Below, piece after piece: positions 59,505-64,000 of a stretch of DNA of 64,000 bases (positions are counted from its first letter, which is position 1; each line of letters starts with the position of its first letter). This DNA comes from an uncultured delta proteobacterium. GTDB taxonomy: Bacteria > Desulfobacterota > BSN033 > UBA1163. The stretch covers positions 512,001 through 576,000 of the forward strand of contig CAWHBU010000004.1 in assembly GCA_963827685.1 (NCBI GenBank), given 5' to 3'. The notes below the pieces were generated by a model that was not told the DNA's origin, did not search any database, and worked only from the letters and a program-made list of their open reading frames with translations. The position numbers and the translations under genes were made by a program.

Positions 59505-61124
59505 ATGCGACTTGAAAAAGAATTAATATTCACCGCTATCGCAGTCCTGGTCACTTTCTCGTTTGGGAGCAGCATGGGATTTAGCGCTTCCTGCAAGAAA
59601 TGTGAAGACCTTTTAACCACTGATTTTGGCCCAGGAGTGAAGATCATTTCAGCCAGAATAAGGAGCGAAGTAGACCCTCCCGGAGGCAAGGGGAATCCCA
59701 TCCCGGTACCCGAGTACTGTGAGGTTAGAGGGAAGGAATTGCCGGAGAATAATTTTGTTATCAAACTGCCCACGGAATGGAAAGGGAATTATTTCCAGAG
59801 AGGAAATGGCGGATTGGCCGGCTCCATTCAGGAGGACAATATAAACTACGGTTTGAAGCTCGGCTACGCGGCAGCAGGGGCGAATGGAGGCCATGATGGA
59901 GCCATAGTAGATGCCAGATTCGGCTATAACCCACCGGATAACTCCAACCCGAGTGCGAACGAAAAATTAGATGATTATTGTTTTGGATCGATCCACAAAA
60001 TGAACGTTCTGGCGAAGAAGATCATTAAGGCCTATTATTGCAAAGGGCCTAAATATTCTTATTATCAAGGGTGCTCCACAGGCGGGCGTCAGGGCTTGAT
60101 TGAAGCCCAACGGTATCCGGAGGATTTCGATGGGCTGATGATAGGCGCGCCCTTGGTTTATCTTACAAAGATAACCATGCGTGATATATGGCAAGCAAAG
60201 AAAATTGCGGAAGGTGAAGGGCTGACGAGTGAAAAGATGAGTATGGTTGCTGATGCGGTTATGAAAAAATGCGACAAGACCGATGGTCTGGTGGATGGTC
60301 TTATCGATGATCCCCGAAAGTGCGCCTTTGATGCCCTTAGGGAGTTGCCCGCCTGTCAGGGGGACAAGGACAATCCCAAGTGTTTTACCCTTGCTCAGAG
60401 GACTGCCATTAGCAAGATTTACGATGGCCCAAGGAACTCTGCAGGAGATCTGCTCTTCAAGGGAGCGCCTTTGGGGTCAGAGGCCATAGGGCCGGGACCT
60501 TTTGGCCCCAACAGTGGCTGGCATGGTTGGATTATTCCTTTGCCTAAAGCACCTATGAGCATAGGCGCCATGATGGGATCAAATTTTGTACGATATTGTG
60601 TTTCACCCCCTAAGGGAGGAGGACCCAATTGGGATCTTAAGACCTTTGACTGGGACACCGATTGGCCGAATGTGTTGGCAAAGATGTCATCCAAATGCGA
60701 TGCCTATGAGCCGAATCTGTTGCCCCTTAAGCTTCGCGGCGGAAAGATCATTCACTATCACGGGTTCGCAGACCCCCTGGTTTCACCATTCGCGTCAATT
60801 GAATACTACAAGTCTGTGGTTGACTATATCGGCGATAGAGCAACAAAGGAATTCTACAAGCTCTATATGATTCCCGGCCTCTTCCATTGCAGCGGAGGAG
60901 TCGGTTGCACCGACGACGATGCGATCTTTAATGCGCTGGTCAGCTGGGTTGAAAAAGGGGTTGAGCCAAAATCCATTACTGGATCGCGTATCGTTGATGG
61001 TAAGGTCGTCAGGACCCGTCCCATGTGTCCCTATCCGAGTGTCGCCAGATACAATGGCAAGGGCAGTATCGACGATGCCGCTCATTTCACCTGTGTGAAT
61101 CCTTCCGGCCAAGGTCCGAATTGA
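59505..61124 (+). CDS. Tannase/feruloyl esterase family hydrolase
   Basis: Signal peptide; GNGG.AG, GCSTGGRQG, HG.AD, PG..HC (CS-D-HC), TRP.CPYP. Confidence 0.92.
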   Translation: MRLEKELIFTAIAVLVTFSFGSSMGFSASCKKCEDLLTTDFGPGVKIISARIRSEVDPPGGKGNPIPVPEYCEVRGKELPENNFVIKLPTEWKGNYFQRGNGGLAGSIQEDNINYGLKLGYAAAGANGGHDGAIVDARFGYNPPDNSNPSANEKLDDYCFGSIHKMNVLAKKIIKAYYCKGPKYSYYQGCSTGGRQGLIEAQRYPEDFDGLMIGAPLVYLTKITMRDIWQAKKIAEGEGLTSEKMSMVADAVMKKCDKTDGLVDGLIDDPRKCAFDALRELPACQGDKDNPKCFTLAQRTAISKIYDGPRNSAGDLLFKGAPLGSEAIGPGPFGPNSGWHGWIIPLPKAPMSIGAMMGSNFVRYCVSPPKGGGPNWDLKTFDWDTDWPNVLAKMSSKCDAYEPNLLPLKLRGGKIIHYHGFADPLVSPFASIEYYKSVVDYIGDRATKEFYKLYMIPGLFHCSGGVGCTDDDAIFNALVSWVEKGVEPKSITGSRIVDGKVVRTRPMCPYPSVARYNGKGSIDDAAHFTCVNPSGQGPN

Positions 61125-61241
61125 GAGCTGTAAACGTTGAAGCTTGATGAGGGGAGCGATACGGTAAGGGTTGTGAAATAGGAAAAAAGGCACAGGCAAA
61201 GCCGACAAGTCCATTCTTGAGAAGGCAGGACCAGAAATGCC

Positions 61242-61337
61242 CTGCCTTTCCTGCTGAGCTTCGTTGGATGTGCCATTTTGCTATTCCTGTTCCCGGATAT
61301 AGCCCTTTATCTCCCCAGACTGTTCATCGGTGGATAG
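61242..61337 (+). pseudogene. C-terminal fragment of a TRAP large permease (DctM-like)
   Basis: LPFLL.......LL..FP.IALYLP.L..G* typical of DctM C-termini; no upstream body. Confidence 0.55.
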
Positions 61338-61672
61338 ACCAGGCGGGGAACATTTTGTCTTTGGGTGTGTTTCAGTGTAACGTAGAATACAAGCATAAGA
61401 TATAGACAGTGACGTAACCGCGGACTTATATTGGAAGTTTCCTTCAGGTCGCAGGGCGGAGAGGGAGTGCCACGCTATTGGTAAGATATGGAATCCTTCG
61501 AGACCCGAACCGTCTTGCAGCATAAGGTCTCAAGAAGGGGGGTGGTTTACTATTACTAAAGGAGAAATTTCGTTTGTGAAGGTGTTGTATTGGTAATGGT
61601 TAACAGATAAGACAGGGGGTAGAGGATTAGAGACAGGCAATCCTGTCCAACAAATGCACAAGGAGGTGTAAA

Positions 61673-63598
61673 ATGTATCTACGAAAGCAATGGATTATTT
61701 TTTCCGCAGTACTGGTCGCACTGTTTTTCGGTGCAAGGTTGGGGTTCTGTAATATCTCCGATAAATGTTCAGACACAACCAATATTGATTTTGGCGCAGG
61801 AGTACAGATCACCTCGGCCGCGATAGTTCCTGCCGCTCCCCCGCTACCCGAGCACTGCCTGATACAAGGGAGGTTGTTGCCGGAAGCGGATCCTTTCATG
61901 ATTAAACTCCCGACGGACTGGAACGGAAACTATTACCAGGTCGGAAATGGCGGTTTGGCCGGTACCATAGACGAGCCTAATGTAAACTTCGGTCTGGGGC
62001 GAGGGTACGCGGCAGCGTCAGCGAGTGGAGGCTACGATGTGAGCGACCCCATCAATGCAGATGCGAAATTTTGCTATAACCCGTCGGGCAACTCTAACCC
62101 TTATGCAAAAGAAAAGCTGGATGGCTATTGTTTCGCATCGGTCCACAAAATGAATGTTCTGGCAAAGCGCATCATTAAGATCTATTATGGCAAGCGGGCT
62201 TATTACTCTTATTATAAAGGCTGCTCCACAGGCGGGCGTCAGGGTATGATCGAGGCACAGCGCTATCCGACGGATTTCGATGGGATCTTGGCAGGTGCCC
62301 CTTTGGTCTATCTCACCAAGGTAACCATGCGTGACGTGTGGCAGGCGCAGCAGGTGCTGGGACTGCCGACGCTCGCTACTGGTGCGGCGGATATGATGGC
62401 CAAAGTCTCTGCAGCGGTTTATAACAAATGCGACGGCATAGACGGCTTGGTGGATGGCATGATCGACGATGCCCGTAAGTGCACCTTTAATGCCCTGAGC
62501 GAGCTGCCTGCCTGTCTGGGGGATATCCCTGACCCTCAATTTAACTGCTTTACGACTGCTCAGAGGACAGCCATCCAAAAGATCTACGACGGGCCCCGGA
62601 ATTCTGTCGGCGAGCTGCTGTTCAAGGGGACGCCTGTAGGGGGAGAGGCCATAGAACCGACCTTGATAGGCCCCAATACCGGCTGGTGGTGGATCCTTCC
62701 TTTTGCCCCTGGCACGCTCAGCATCGGAGGCGGTATGGGATCAGAGTTTACGCAGTATTGCGGTTTGACTCCTGCCGGAGGGGGCCCCGGCTGGGATTAT
62801 AGGACCTTTAACTGGGACAGTGATTGGCCCTACGACATGACAAAACTGTCAGCCCGATGCGACGCCAATAACCCTGATCTTCGGCCGTTCTATAGTCACG
62901 GCGGCAAGTTGATCCAATATCACGGGTGGGGAGACCAATTGGTTTCGCCCTTTGCCATGGCCGAATATTATGACGCGGTTCTTGCTACTATGGGCAAAAC
63001 GACAACCGACAGGTTCTACAAGTTATACATGATCCCCGGCCTAAGCCACTGCTCCTTAGGGCTCGGTTGTTCTAACGACGCCGGGATGTTTGATGCGCTT
63101 GTCAACTGGGTGGAAACGAGGGTCGAGCCCGACGTGATCATTGGCTCACGGGACGCATACCCTCCGACGGGTATGTCGGCGAGGACCCGGCCTCTGTGCC
63201 CCTATCCCGGAGTTGCCAGGTATCTTGGCGCTGGCAGCATCGACGACGCGGCCAATTTTACCTGTGTGAAGACAATCAAGGCGCATGTTCGTATTGAACC
63301 GGAAACCCTAAAGCTTGGCAGCGGTGGAACGTTCACAGCCTTCGTTACGCTCCTGTACCAGGGCGACTGGCGCGTCACCTCAGCGGTCTGCGAAGGCGCT
63401 CCTGCATTGAAATTAACCAAGCATGGTTACAGCTATAGCGCTACGTTCAACAAGCAGGATCTCAAAAACATCACCGCGGGGGATGCGGTGACGTTCACGG
63501 TGACCCTATTTGCTGAGCAGCGAGGTTACCACTGTGGACATAGCGACGAGGACGAGATTGCGTTTGAGGGGAGCGATACGGTAAGGGTTGTGAAATAG
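61673..63598 (+). CDS. Tannase/feruloyl esterase family hydrolase with extra C-terminal domain
   Basis: Same catalytic motifs as upstream paralog plus ~100 aa beta-rich tail ending FEGSDTVRVVK. Confidence 0.92.
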   Translation: MYLRKQWIIFSAVLVALFFGARLGFCNISDKCSDTTNIDFGAGVQITSAAIVPAAPPLPEHCLIQGRLLPEADPFMIKLPTDWNGNYYQVGNGGLAGTIDEPNVNFGLGRGYAAASASGGYDVSDPINADAKFCYNPSGNSNPYAKEKLDGYCFASVHKMNVLAKRIIKIYYGKRAYYSYYKGCSTGGRQGMIEAQRYPTDFDGILAGAPLVYLTKVTMRDVWQAQQVLGLPTLATGAADMMAKVSAAVYNKCDGIDGLVDGMIDDARKCTFNALSELPACLGDIPDPQFNCFTTAQRTAIQKIYDGPRNSVGELLFKGTPVGGEAIEPTLIGPNTGWWWILPFAPGTLSIGGGMGSEFTQYCGLTPAGGGPGWDYRTFNWDSDWPYDMTKLSARCDANNPDLRPFYSHGGKLIQYHGWGDQLVSPFAMAEYYDAVLATMGKTTTDRFYKLYMIPGLSHCSLGLGCSNDAGMFDALVNWVETRVEPDVIIGSRDAYPPTGMSARTRPLCPYPGVARYLGAGSIDDAANFTCVKTIKAHVRIEPETLKLGSGGTFTAFVTLLYQGDWRVTSAVCEGAPALKLTKHGYSYSATFNKQDLKNITAGDAVTFTVTLFAEQRGYHCGHSDEDEIAFEGSDTVRVVK

Positions 63599-63936
63599 GA
63601 AAAAAGGCACAGGCAAAGTTAGTAAGTGTATTTCTTGAGAAGGCAGGACCAGAAATGGCCCTGCCTTCCTATTTATAGGGACTGATGAGGGGCTTAAACG
63701 GATGCCTTTTGTCTGGCCGAGCCCCTCTCCGAGCAGGTTGGCGGGGTGGGGTTGTCCGAGAGTCCTGGGGGAACCCAACAACTGGGGGTGGCTCAAAGGA
63801 AATTATAAATTGACAAAAGATTCACTTTTTGAAATAGTGAGACTGTTTTTTTACCCCCTTTTTTGACCTGAGGAGCCTGTTGTTTTAGGCGGTCCTACTG
63901 CAGAATGTCATTGAATGAGATTGATAAGGAGGGCTA

Positions 63937-64000
63937 ATGGACGAGAAGCTCAAAGAAGCTTTTCACAAGGTTTATGAGGGCGAGGCCAAGGCCGCGCTCC
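63937..64000 (+). CDS. Rubrerythrin/ferritin-like protein, 5' end (runs off window)
   Basis: AGGAGG RBS; MDEKLKEAF...Y.GEAKAA. Confidence 0.6.
   Translation, partial: MDEKLKEAFHKVYEGEAKAAL

Overview
Chromosomal segment of a bacterium, probably an anaerobic Desulfobacterota/deltaproteobacterium (inferred from gene content). It carries a branched-chain amino-acid ABC operon with a 3-hydroxyacyl-CoA dehydrogenase and an XRE-cupin regulator (0.4-6.6 kb). From 7.1 to 24.1 kb, unrelated single genes or mini-operons are separated by about 11 same-orientation copies of a ~22-34 bp motif (consensus GGTGTCATCCATAAAAAAGTTGGCCGTTYCAAAT), often followed by heptamer tandem repeats. This looks like a cassette array with no recombinase in the window, and one IS1182-family element sits inside it. 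Next come c-di-GMP genes, two tRNAs, and housekeeping/TCA genes (lgt, fumC, aconitase, citrate synthase, sdhAB). A decaying toxin-antitoxin/REP-rich island (46.6-52.6 kb) has a second 4-copy promoter-like repeat and a DUF3800 remnant with an intact adjacent structured RNA candidate. The window ends with a FadR regulator, two acyl-CoA ligases and two tannase-family esterases. All calls come from reading the sequence; no database searches were run.
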